Positions 50,259-58,270 of a DNA stretch of 64,000 nt are shown piece by piece. The stretch comes from an uncultured Alphaproteobacteria bacterium. GTDB taxonomy: Bacteria; Pseudomonadota; Alphaproteobacteria; UBA8366; JADFVY01. Below the pieces are notes generated by a model, which searched no databases, was not told the origin of the DNA, and saw nothing but the letters and a program-made list of their open reading frames with translations. The stretch spans positions 2,130 to 66,129 of the forward strand of contig CAMYNJ010000104.1 in the NCBI GenBank assembly GCA_947259795.1, read 5' to 3'. The translations under genes and the position numbers were made by a program. Position 1 is the first letter of the stretch. The number at the start of each line of letters is the position of its first letter.

Positions 50259-51200
50259 CTACCCCACCAGCCCCAGCGTGCCCGGCGCGAAGAGTGAATC
50301 CACCTCCACCGGGCGGGTAATTATCCCCTGTGTCAGGGCATGGCCGATCAGCTGTTCCAGCGTCTGGCGGTTGGATTCCACGCCGTAGGGAAGCGGGTCG
50401 TCCATGACCTCCATGACTCGTTCATGCAGCTTGTCGATCGCCGTGGGCTCCGCGATAGCGCCGGCCTTCAACTTTTCCACATAGAGCCGCTTCGATTCGG
50501 CGAAGGCCTCGAAGACGTCCGCGGCCAGGCCCGGATTGGCCTCCAGCACGTCATCGCGCACCACCACCAGATGGTTGATGGGATAGACGCCGCGCGCCTT
50601 CAATGCCGCAAGCCCAGCCTCGATGGCGTCCGGGATCATCGGCTCCAGCGCCGGGTGGTCCAGCGCGCCGACCGCGCCGGCCAGTTCGCCGCTTTCCAGC
50701 ATTTCTTCCAGCGTCCGGCCTTCCTCAACCGGCACCACATTGGCCGGCGGGCAGTAGTCGGCCACATGCTCGTCGCCCGACAGCACCCAGGTGATCTTGC
50801 TGAGGTCCACGCCATATTCGTCCTGCAGGATGCCGCGCGCCCAGACCCCGGTGGTCACCGTATAGCCGCGGTTGACGCCGACCTTTTTGCCTTCCAGTTG
50901 CTTCGGATCGGCAATCCCGGCCTTGATATTGCGGAAGATGGCGGCGTGGTGGAAGCCGCGCACCAGGAAGATCGGCAGCGCGGTGAACTTCACCCCATGT
51001 TCGCGGGCGCAGATATAAGTGGTCAGCGCCATCTCGCTGATGTCGAATTCCAGCCCGCGCACCATGCGCCGGAAGGCCTTGACCAGCACCGGCACTTCCT
51101 CGAAATCGAAATCGAAGCTGCGGGGCTTCACGGTTCCGTTCTTGACGGCCTGGTTGTTGCCCTGGCTGCGGCTCACCGCCTTGAATCTCGGCCTCGTCAT
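50259..51200 (-). CDS. Periplasmic-binding-protein-fold protein related to the 4,5-dihydroxyphthalate decarboxylase-like genes (divergent paralog)
   Basis: The start is MTRPRFKAV at 51200 and there is no signal peptide. EFDISEMALTTY...FTALPIFLVRGFHHAAIF...GKKVGVNRGYTVTTGVWARGIL parallels the 47533 and 51927 proteins. Confidence 0.6.
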   Translation of the reverse strand: MTRPRFKAVSRSQGNNQAVKNGTVKPRSFDFDFEEVPVLVKAFRRMVRGLEFDISEMALTTYICAREHGVKFTALPIFLVRGFHHAAIFRNIKAGIADPKQLEGKKVGVNRGYTVTTGVWARGILQDEYGVDLSKITWVLSGDEHVADYCPPANVVPVEEGRTLEEMLESGELAGAVGALDHPALEPMIPDAIEAGLAALKARGVYPINHLVVVRDDVLEANPGLAADVFEAFAESKRLYVEKLKAGAIAEPTAIDKLHERVMEVMDDPLPYGVESNRQTLEQLIGHALTQGIITRPVEVDSLFAPGTLGLVG

Positions 51201-51275
51201 CGGGCGTCCCTCTCCAATATTGTTGTTATGACCGGCGCGCAAATTACGCGATGCCGCGCCGCGCTGTCGAGCAAT

Positions 51276-51578
51276 CTAACAGCAGTCGCAGCCCAGCTCA
51301 CCGTAATCGACCAGCGAGGGCAACAGCCAGGAGACCGGCAGGTCGTCGGCCGCGACCGCCGCCACCGGCGTGAAGAGCTTGAAGCGGTAGCGCGTGCCCT
51401 CGTCGCCGGTCCAAAAGGCGACAACGGTTTCGACCGGTGGACAGCCGGGCACCTGGCACTGGATCTCGGCGACCATGATCACGGCCTCGCCCGACAGCCC
51501 GAACCGCGCGCGCGTCCATTCGCGCACGCGCGCCAGCGCCGCCAAATGCTCCGGGTTCCTGCGAAAACTGCCCAGCAT
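51276..51578 (-). CDS. Small conserved-looking hypothetical protein (PGCPP motif, C-terminal CDCC)
   Basis: MLGSFRRNPEHLAALARVREWTRARFGLSGEAVIMVAEIQCQVPGCPPVETVVAFW...GELGCDCC*. The internal start is at 51578. No family name could be assigned with confidence. Confidence 0.5.
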   Translation of the reverse strand: MLGSFRRNPEHLAALARVREWTRARFGLSGEAVIMVAEIQCQVPGCPPVETVVAFWTGDEGTRYRFKLFTPVAAVAADDLPVSWLLPSLVDYGELGCDCC

Positions 51579-51926
51579 GCAAGCGGTTATAGGATATTGG
51601 AGAGGCGGGCGGAATCGCAAACGAGAGGTTCGAGCCCATGCGCCGGGATTTTTTGCGGGTTTCAGGGGTGATGTTATGGAAAATGGTGCAGGGGAATTGG
51701 TGTCCTGCGGGAGTGCCAACGGTTTATCGAGTGCAATTTCTTAAGTCGGTATTGTCCCGGAAACTCCCAAAGCGGGCCGTGGGCCGGGAACAGTCGCTAC
51801 TCGCCATATTGCGTCGCCAAATCAGCGCACGCGGCTGCTAGCATGATGACTTGCCGGGAAATTTCGGTATCATCCGGTCGGCGGGTTAAAAGCACGTTAT
51901 AAGAACGATAACTTGAAGGGGGGAAC

Positions 51927-52916
51927 ATGTCGAAGCTGGCACTGTCCATCGCGACCAACGATTACGATCATTTCCGCGACTTCCGGCTCGGGGACGTCAA
52001 GGCCGAGGGCATCGACCACAACTGGTTCGTCTTCACCCATCACGAATGCTTCGCGCGCTTCACGGCGAACCGCGAATTCGACCTGGCGGAACTTTCCTTC
52101 GCGAAATTCGCGACGCAAGTGACGCGCGAGGACAGCGACATCATCGGTCTGCCGGTGATCTGCTCCCGCCTGTTCCGCTTCAGCTCGTTCTACGTCAACC
52201 GCAACAGCGGCATCAAAACCGTCGGGGACCTGAAAGGCAAGCGGATCGGCTCGCCGGAATGGGCGCATTCGGCGGCCGTCTATATGCGCGGCTGGATGCA
52301 CAACGAGATGGGCGTGAAGCTGAACGACGTGCATTGGTTCCAGGCCGGGGCGAATGCGCCGGGGCGCGAGGAGAAGGTGGAGTTGAACCTGCCGGAGGGC
52401 GTGAAGCTGACCCGTGTCCGCGACAAGTCGCTGAGCGAATTGCTGGCCGCGGGCGAGATCGACTGCGCCATCATCGCCCGCCCGCCGACCTGTTTCCTGG
52501 AGGGTCACCCCGATGTGGTCCGCCTCTATCCGGACTATCTGGAGATGGAGGAGCAGTCTTACGAGCAGACCGGCGTCTGGCCGATCATGCATATCATCGC
52601 GATGAAGAAACGAATCCTCGACGAGCATCCCTGGGTCGCACGCAATCTCTTGAACGCCTTCGAGGAATCGAAACGCCGCAGCCTCGAGCGCCTGTTCGAT
52701 CCAGCGATCTCGCGCTACCCACTGGCTTGGCTTCCAACCTATGCCCGCCGGATGCGCGATATGTTCGGCGACGACCCCTTCCCCTACGGCATCGAGGAAA
52801 ACCGTCCGACATGGGAGCAGATGGCGCTCTATACCTATCAGCAGGGCATCGCGCATCGCCAGTTCGCGCCGGAGGAGATCTTCCCCAAGGGCATCATGAC
52901 CAAGGTCATCATCTGA
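51927..52916 (+). CDS. 4,5-dihydroxyphthalate decarboxylase-like protein, paralog 2
   Basis: MSKLALSIATNDYDHFRDFRLGDVKAEGID...EFDLAELSFAKF...IIGLPVICSRLFRFSSFY, collinear with 47533-48525. Confidence 0.7.
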   Translation: MSKLALSIATNDYDHFRDFRLGDVKAEGIDHNWFVFTHHECFARFTANREFDLAELSFAKFATQVTREDSDIIGLPVICSRLFRFSSFYVNRNSGIKTVGDLKGKRIGSPEWAHSAAVYMRGWMHNEMGVKLNDVHWFQAGANAPGREEKVELNLPEGVKLTRVRDKSLSELLAAGEIDCAIIARPPTCFLEGHPDVVRLYPDYLEMEEQSYEQTGVWPIMHIIAMKKRILDEHPWVARNLLNAFEESKRRSLERLFDPAISRYPLAWLPTYARRMRDMFGDDPFPYGIEENRPTWEQMALYTYQQGIAHRQFAPEEIFPKGIMTKVII

Positions 52917-52938
52917 CATTGCAGGCGAGCAAAAAGAA

Positions 52939-53685
52939 ATGAGCGAAACACCGACTTCCGGCGGACCCGTTGCCGCCGATCTGATCGCTGATCTGGCGGC
53001 GTCGAGCCGGGTGCTTGCCGCGCGCGGCGTCGTCGATGCCGCCGGACATGTATCCTTGCGTCATCCGCAGGCGCCCGACCGCTACCTGATGTCCTGCGCG
53101 AAGGCGCCGGCGCTGGTGACTCCCGACGACATCGTCGAATACGACCTGGACAGTAACCCCTGCAACGCCGGCGGGCGCGGGGTGTTTCTCGAGCGTTTCA
53201 TTCATGGCGAAATCTACAAGGCCCGGCCGGACATCAACTCGATCGTGCACAGCCACTCTCCGTCGGTTATCCCGTTCGGTCTGGTCGGCGTGGATGTGAA
53301 GGCGATGTTCCACAACGCGGCCTTTCTCGCGGCCGGCGCGCCTGTGTTCGATATCAGCGAGAAATTCGGCGCGACGGATATGGTCGTCGGCGATAGCGCC
53401 CGGGGCGAGGCACTGGCCAAATCGCTGGGCGACAAGGATATTGGATTGATGCGCGCGCATGGTTCCGTCGCCTGCGGCCCAACGCTGCAAATCGCCGTAT
53501 TTCGCGGGGTCTACACAGAGGTCAATGCCCGTATCCAGCACTGGACGACGGCGCTGGCCGCGGGCGGCCCGGTAGCCGCGCTGACCGAAGAGGAAGGCCG
53601 GCTGGCGGACGTGCTGAACCAGGGCGCCTGCAAGCGCGCATGGGAGCTCTGGCGCAGCGAAGTGCGGGCCGAGGCCGGCTGGTGA
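52939..53685 (+). CDS. Class II aldolase/adducin-domain protein (tandem copy 1)
   Basis: VVDAAGHVSLRHP, ERFIHGEIYKARPDINSIVHSHSP and LMRAHGSVACG. Confidence 0.85.
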   Translation: MSETPTSGGPVAADLIADLAASSRVLAARGVVDAAGHVSLRHPQAPDRYLMSCAKAPALVTPDDIVEYDLDSNPCNAGGRGVFLERFIHGEIYKARPDINSIVHSHSPSVIPFGLVGVDVKAMFHNAAFLAAGAPVFDISEKFGATDMVVGDSARGEALAKSLGDKDIGLMRAHGSVACGPTLQIAVFRGVYTEVNARIQHWTTALAAGGPVAALTEEEGRLADVLNQGACKRAWELWRSEVRAEAGW

Positions 53686-53707
53686 CGATCATACAAGGGA
53701 GCATGAA

Positions 53708-54397
53708 ATGAGCGAGACCGAACAGGCAAAGCAGCAACTCGTGGACTGCATCCGGATGCTGGAGCGGTCGGATATCATCGACTACAACGGGCATGCCAGC
53801 ATCCGCACCGGCGAGGACCGCATGCTCATCAATATCGGCTCCTGCCAGCGCAGCCTGCTCACGACCGACGACATTTGCACCATCGACTTCGACGGTAATC
53901 TGGTCAAAGGGAACGGCAAGCCGCCACTGGAATTCCACCTTCACGCCGGCATCTACAAGGCGCGCCCCGACGTGCAGGCGGTGGTGCATGCGCACCCCAA
54001 ATGGTCGACCTTCCTCACCATCGCCGGGGTTGGCTATCAGCCGGTGTTCGCCCAGGGCTCGCTGGTCTACCCGCTGCCGGTGCTCGATTCGCCGAATTCG
54101 ATCAACAATCCGGTGATGGCGAAGCGGCTGTCGGACACGCTGGGCGACCAGCCGGCGGCGCTGATGAAGGCGCATGGCGCGGTCAGCGTCGGCAAGGACA
54201 TCGTGGAAGCCTTCGTGCTGATCAACTACCTGGAAGAGAATGCCTACCGTCAGTATATGGCGATGCAGATCGGCAAGCCCTATGCGTTCACCGACGAGGA
54301 AATGCGGCTGTGCCGCGAGAAGCTGTGGAACCCTAATCTGTTCAAGCGAGCCTGGGATCACTTCCGGGCCAAGCTCGGCGCGGGCCTTCCGGCGTAA
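53708..54397 (+). CDS. Class II aldolase/adducin-domain protein (tandem copy 2)
   Basis: IIDYNGHASIR, EFHLHAGIYKARPDVQAVVHAHP and LMKAHGAVSVG. Confidence 0.85.
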   Translation: MSETEQAKQQLVDCIRMLERSDIIDYNGHASIRTGEDRMLINIGSCQRSLLTTDDICTIDFDGNLVKGNGKPPLEFHLHAGIYKARPDVQAVVHAHPKWSTFLTIAGVGYQPVFAQGSLVYPLPVLDSPNSINNPVMAKRLSDTLGDQPAALMKAHGAVSVGKDIVEAFVLINYLEENAYRQYMAMQIGKPYAFTDEEMRLCREKLWNPNLFKRAWDHFRAKLGAGLPA

Positions 54398-54412
54398 CCA
54401 GGGATAGTCGCG

Positions 54413-55264
54413 ATGTCACATCCGGAAAAATTCCTGCTGGCCGGTGTCATGGGCTGGCCGGTAATGCATTCGCGCTCGCCGCAGATGCATAATTACTGGT
54501 TCGAACAGCAGGGGCTGACCGGGACCTACGTTCCGCTGGCGATCGAACCTGGCACGCTAGGCCCGGCGCTGCGCGCGCTGCATCCGCTCGGCTTTGCTGG
54601 CTGCAACCTCACGATCCCGCACAAGCAGGACGCGATGGCCATCGTGGACGAGGTGGACGAGGTCGCGCGGCGCATCGGCGCGATCAGCTGCGTGGTGGTG
54701 CGGCCCGACGGTTCGCTGTTCGGCACCAACAACGACTGGCTGGGTTTCATCGGCAATCTGAAGCAGCAGCAGCCGGACTGGCGCGCCGACAAGGGGCCGG
54801 CGGCGGTCATCGGCGCCGGCGGCGGCGCCCGCGCGATCTGCTACGGCCTCATGCGTGAGGGCGCGCCGGAAATCCGGCTGATCAACCGCACCGTCGAGCG
54901 GGCCGAGGCCATCGCCGACGAATTCCGCGGCCCGATCCGCGCGCTGTCATGGGACGAGCGCCACGATGCACTCGACGGCACGGCCACGGTCGTCAACACG
55001 ACCAGCCTGGGGATGGAGGGTCAGCCGGATCTGGACCTGCGGCTCGACCGGTTGCCGAAGGCCGCGCTCGCCACCGACATCATCTACACGCCGCTGGAGA
55101 CGCCTTTCCTCGCCGCCGCGCGTGAACGCGGCAATTCCACCGTCAACGGCCTCGGCATGCTGCTGCACCAGGGGATCCCGGCGTGGAAGATGTGGTTCGG
55201 AATCGAACCCACCGTCACCGACGAATTGCGGGAGTTGATGGAGCGCAGCATCACCGGGAATTAA
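54413..55264 (+). CDS. Shikimate (or quinate/shikimate) dehydrogenase, AroE/YdiB family
   Basis: GWPVMHSRSPQMHN, GCNLTIPHKQ, NNDWLGF, VIGAGGGARAI and GLGMLLHQG are canonical AroE motifs. Confidence 0.85.
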   Translation: MSHPEKFLLAGVMGWPVMHSRSPQMHNYWFEQQGLTGTYVPLAIEPGTLGPALRALHPLGFAGCNLTIPHKQDAMAIVDEVDEVARRIGAISCVVVRPDGSLFGTNNDWLGFIGNLKQQQPDWRADKGPAAVIGAGGGARAICYGLMREGAPEIRLINRTVERAEAIADEFRGPIRALSWDERHDALDGTATVVNTTSLGMEGQPDLDLRLDRLPKAALATDIIYTPLETPFLAAARERGNSTVNGLGMLLHQGIPAWKMWFGIEPTVTDELRELMERSITGN

Positions 55265-55340
55265 AGCGGCGGCGCAAACAGTCCTTATTCTGAAAGGCTG
55301 CACCCCGTCCCCCATTTTCGCCCGCTCCGTTCTCCCAGGC

Positions 55341-55365
55341 GGAACGTCGTTCTTGCATGAGGGCC
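55341..55365 (+). promoter_or_regulatory. Tripartite operator site 10 (weaker third half-site)
   Basis: GGAAC GTC GTTCT TGCATGA GGGCC, with an additional GTTCT at 55329-55333 N7 upstream. It lies 61 nt upstream of the ADH start. Confidence 0.5.
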
Positions 55366-55425
55366 GGAGGGTTGCTATCGCTCTTGCGTCGAGAGACGGC
55401 GGACAGAGAACGGAGGACCTCACCA

Positions 55426-56535
55426 TTGGCTGAACAAGTGCTCGCAGCCGTGCGCACCGGCGCCCACAAGACGGAATTTCGCGAATACCCGATGCCCGAT
55501 GTGCCCGACGACGGCGCCTTGATGAAGATCGAGGTCGCCGGTATCTGCGGCACCGACGTCAAGCTCTACGCCAAGCCGCAATCGCCCGACCCGGTCATCA
55601 TGGGGCATGAAAATATCGGCATCATTGCCAAGGCGGGCCGCAACTTCATGGAGCGCAAGGGCGTCAAGGAAGGCGACCGGATCTTCGTCGAGCATTACCT
55701 GCCCTGCATGAAATGCGAATGGTGCCATATGGGCGAATATCGCCATTGCGAGGCGACAGACTGGCGCTTCAACCCCGACGCCATCCGCTATGGCTATACC
55801 TCGGCCGATCGCGCGCCTCATCTGTGGGGCGGCTTCGCGCAGTATATGTATCTTCCCTGGAACGCGATCATCCACAAGGTACCGGATGGGGTTTCCGCCG
55901 AGCTGGCCGGGGTCGTCACCCCGATGGCGAACGGCATCGAATGGGCATTGTTCGACTGCGACGTGGGGTATAACTCGACGGTGCTGGTGCAGGGGCCGGG
56001 ACAGCAGGGGCTGTCGCAGACGGTGGCCTGCAAGCAGGCCGGCGCGTCGCTGATCATCGTCACCGGCACGTCCAAGGACAAGGCGCGGCTGGCGGTGGCG
56101 AAGAAACTGGGCGCCGATTACACCATCGTGGTGGACGAGGAAGACCCGCTGGCGCGCATCATGGAAATCACCGCCGGCCGGGGCGTCGATGTGGCGCTGG
56201 ACTGCACGGCGGGCGCCGGGACCATTCCGATCCTGCTGGGCGTCGAGGCGCTAAAGCGCAAGGCCGGGACGCTGCTGATTCAGGGCGAGATGGCGGAATT
56301 CCCGAATTTCCCCGTCGGCAAGGTCACCGTGAAATACATCACCATCAAGAGCGCGCGCGGCCATGGCTACCGGTCCTGCGAACTGGCCCTGCAACAGCTC
56401 GCCTCCGACCGGTTCCCGCTGGATCTGATCACTACCCACCGATTCGGGCTGAAGGATACCGACCTTGCGATCAAGTCGGTCGGCGGCCTGGGCGAGGAAG
56501 GCGTTATTCACGTATCCCTTCTGCCCTGGGAGTAA
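55426..56535 (+). CDS. Zinc-type medium-chain alcohol dehydrogenase/reductase
   Basis: A TTG start follows GGAGGA. GICGTDVKLY...GHENIG is the catalytic Zn site, CMKCEWCHMGEYRHC is the structural Zn Cys cluster, and VLVQGPGQQGL is the Rossmann motif. Confidence 0.85.
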   Translation: MAEQVLAAVRTGAHKTEFREYPMPDVPDDGALMKIEVAGICGTDVKLYAKPQSPDPVIMGHENIGIIAKAGRNFMERKGVKEGDRIFVEHYLPCMKCEWCHMGEYRHCEATDWRFNPDAIRYGYTSADRAPHLWGGFAQYMYLPWNAIIHKVPDGVSAELAGVVTPMANGIEWALFDCDVGYNSTVLVQGPGQQGLSQTVACKQAGASLIIVTGTSKDKARLAVAKKLGADYTIVVDEEDPLARIMEITAGRGVDVALDCTAGAGTIPILLGVEALKRKAGTLLIQGEMAEFPNFPVGKVTVKYITIKSARGHGYRSCELALQQLASDRFPLDLITTHRFGLKDTDLAIKSVGGLGEEGVIHVSLLPWE

Positions 56536-56539
56536 TGCA

Positions 56540-57577
56540 TTGTCGGATGCGGAGCGCATTCCCGTTACCGTGTTGACCGGCTATCTTGGCGCCGGCAAGA
56601 CGACGCTCCTCAACCGCATCCTGTCGGAGGATCACGGCCGCCGCTATGCCGTCATCGTCAACGAGTTCGGCGAAATCGGTATCGACGGCGACCTGGTGCT
56701 CAACAGCAGCGAAGAGCTGTTCGAGATGAACAATGGCTGCATCTGCTGCACGGTGCGGGGCGATCTGGTCCGCACCCTGCACGGGTTGCTGGCCAAGCAG
56801 GATGATTTCGACGCCATCATCATCGAGACCACAGGGCTGGCCGATCCCGGCCCGGTGGCGCAGACCTTCTTTATGGACCGGAGCCTGCAGGCAAAGGCCG
56901 TTCTAGACTCGGTGACCACCCTGGTCGATGCCCGCCATATCGCCCCGCGCCTGGCCGACAGCCGCGAGGCGGCGGAACAGATCGCCTTCGCCGATGTGAT
57001 CATCCTCAACAAAACCGACCTTGCGGACGAGGATAGCTTGCGGGAGACCGAGGCACGGCTGCGTGGCCTGAACCCCTATGCGGCGATCCACCGCGCAGAG
57101 CGCGCCGATGTGGCGCTGGAAAAAGTTCTGGGGCAGGGCGGCTTCGACCTGGACCGCATCACCGCGCCGGAACCCGCCTGCGACACGCCGGACCATGTCC
57201 ATGACGAACATTGCGGCCATGATCACGGCCACCAACATGACAGCGATATCGTCAGCGTCTCCCTGACCTCGGAAAAGCCGATGGTCGCCGCGCGGATCGG
57301 CGAATGGCTGGAGGAAATACTGACCGAACAGGGGCAGGATATCTTGCGCGCCAAGGGCATCATCGATGTCGCGGGTGATAACCGCCGGCTCGTGTTCCAG
57401 GCGGTGCATATGATGCTGGAAGGGGATTTTCAGCGGCCATGGGGTGCCGGCGAGCGGCGGCGAAGCCAGCTCGTCTTCATCGGCCGCAATCTGGATGAGG
57501 CTGCGCTGCAGGCGGGCTTCGATTCCTGCGCCGCCGACAACAACGAAATGAAACGAGTCATGACAGGAGGAAACTGA
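56540..57577 (+). CDS. COG0523-family G3E GTPase (CobW/ZigA/YjiA-like putative metallochaperone)
   Basis: The probable TTG start is at 56540, giving (M)[24 protein letters not shown] (P-loop). It carries the GCICCT CxCC metal motif, an NKTD-type segment (ILNKTDL), the His-rich linker [22 protein letters not shown], and a C-terminal CobW_C-like domain. Confidence 0.85.
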   Translation: MSDAERIPVTVLTGYLGAGKTTLLNRILSEDHGRRYAVIVNEFGEIGIDGDLVLNSSEELFEMNNGCICCTVRGDLVRTLHGLLAKQDDFDAIIIETTGLADPGPVAQTFFMDRSLQAKAVLDSVTTLVDARHIAPRLADSREAAEQIAFADVIILNKTDLADEDSLRETEARLRGLNPYAAIHRAERADVALEKVLGQGGFDLDRITAPEPACDTPDHVHDEHCGHDHGHQHDSDIVSVSLTSEKPMVAARIGEWLEEILTEQGQDILRAKGIIDVAGDNRRLVFQAVHMMLEGDFQRPWGAGERRRSQLVFIGRNLDEAALQAGFDSCAADNNEMKRVMTGGN

Positions 57578-58266
57578 TGGGAGTCGTCGTCCAGAACATT
57601 CCGCGCGCCGACAAGGCCGTGGTCGAGGGTCTCGCCAAATACGGCGTCGCCACGATTCACGAGGCGCAGGGGCGCAAGGGGCTGCTGGCCCCGGAAATCA
57701 GCCCGGTATGGCGTGGCGCGCATATCGCCGGCCCGGCGGTGACCGTCAGCCTGCCGCCCTGCGACAACTGGATGATCCATGTGGCGGTCGAGCAGTGCCA
57801 GCCCGGCGACGTCATGGTGGTCGCCCCGACCTCATATTCCGATGCCGGCTATTTCGGTGATCTGATCGCGACCTCGTTGAAGGCGCGTGGGGTCGCCGGG
57901 ATCATCCTGGACTGCGGCTGCCGCGACGTTCGCGACATCACCGAGATGGGCTTCCCGGTCTGGTCGAAATGCATCTTCGCCCAGGGCACGGTCAAGGAGA
58001 CGCTGGGCAGCGTAAACATCCCGGTGGTCTGCGCCGGGCAGGCCGTCAATCCTGGCGATGTGATCGTCGCCGACGACGACGGCGTGGTGGTCGTGGCGCG
58101 AAAGGAGGCGGCCGACGTGCTGGCGGCCTCGAAGGCCCGCGAAGAGAAGGAGGCGGCGTCCCGCAAGCGCTATGTGGGGGGCGAACTGGGCCTCGACGTC
58201 AACAACATGCGCGGGCCGCTGGCCGAAAAGGGCTTGAAATATATCGACTGGCAGGGGGAGGACTGA
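57577..58266 (+). CDS. ligK: 4-carboxy-4-hydroxy-2-oxoadipate (CHA) / HMG aldolase, RraA-like fold (LigK/GalC/ProA type)
   Basis: It is near-collinear with the LigK sequence as I recall it: [85 protein letters not shown] and [11 protein letters not shown]. Its ATG overlaps the upstream TGA. Confidence 0.9.
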   Translation: MGVVVQNIPRADKAVVEGLAKYGVATIHEAQGRKGLLAPEISPVWRGAHIAGPAVTVSLPPCDNWMIHVAVEQCQPGDVMVVAPTSYSDAGYFGDLIATSLKARGVAGIILDCGCRDVRDITEMGFPVWSKCIFAQGTVKETLGSVNIPVVCAGQAVNPGDVIVADDDGVVVVARKEAADVLAASKAREEKEAASRKRYVGGELGLDVNNMRGPLAEKGLKYIDWQGED

Positions 58267-58270
58267 GGCC

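Noticed and set aside
51694-51718. Operator look-alike GGAAT-TGG-TGTCC-TGCGGGA-GTGCC
   Set aside because: Only the first half-site matches well, and the second and third have two or more mismatches each. It is too weak to call by eye.
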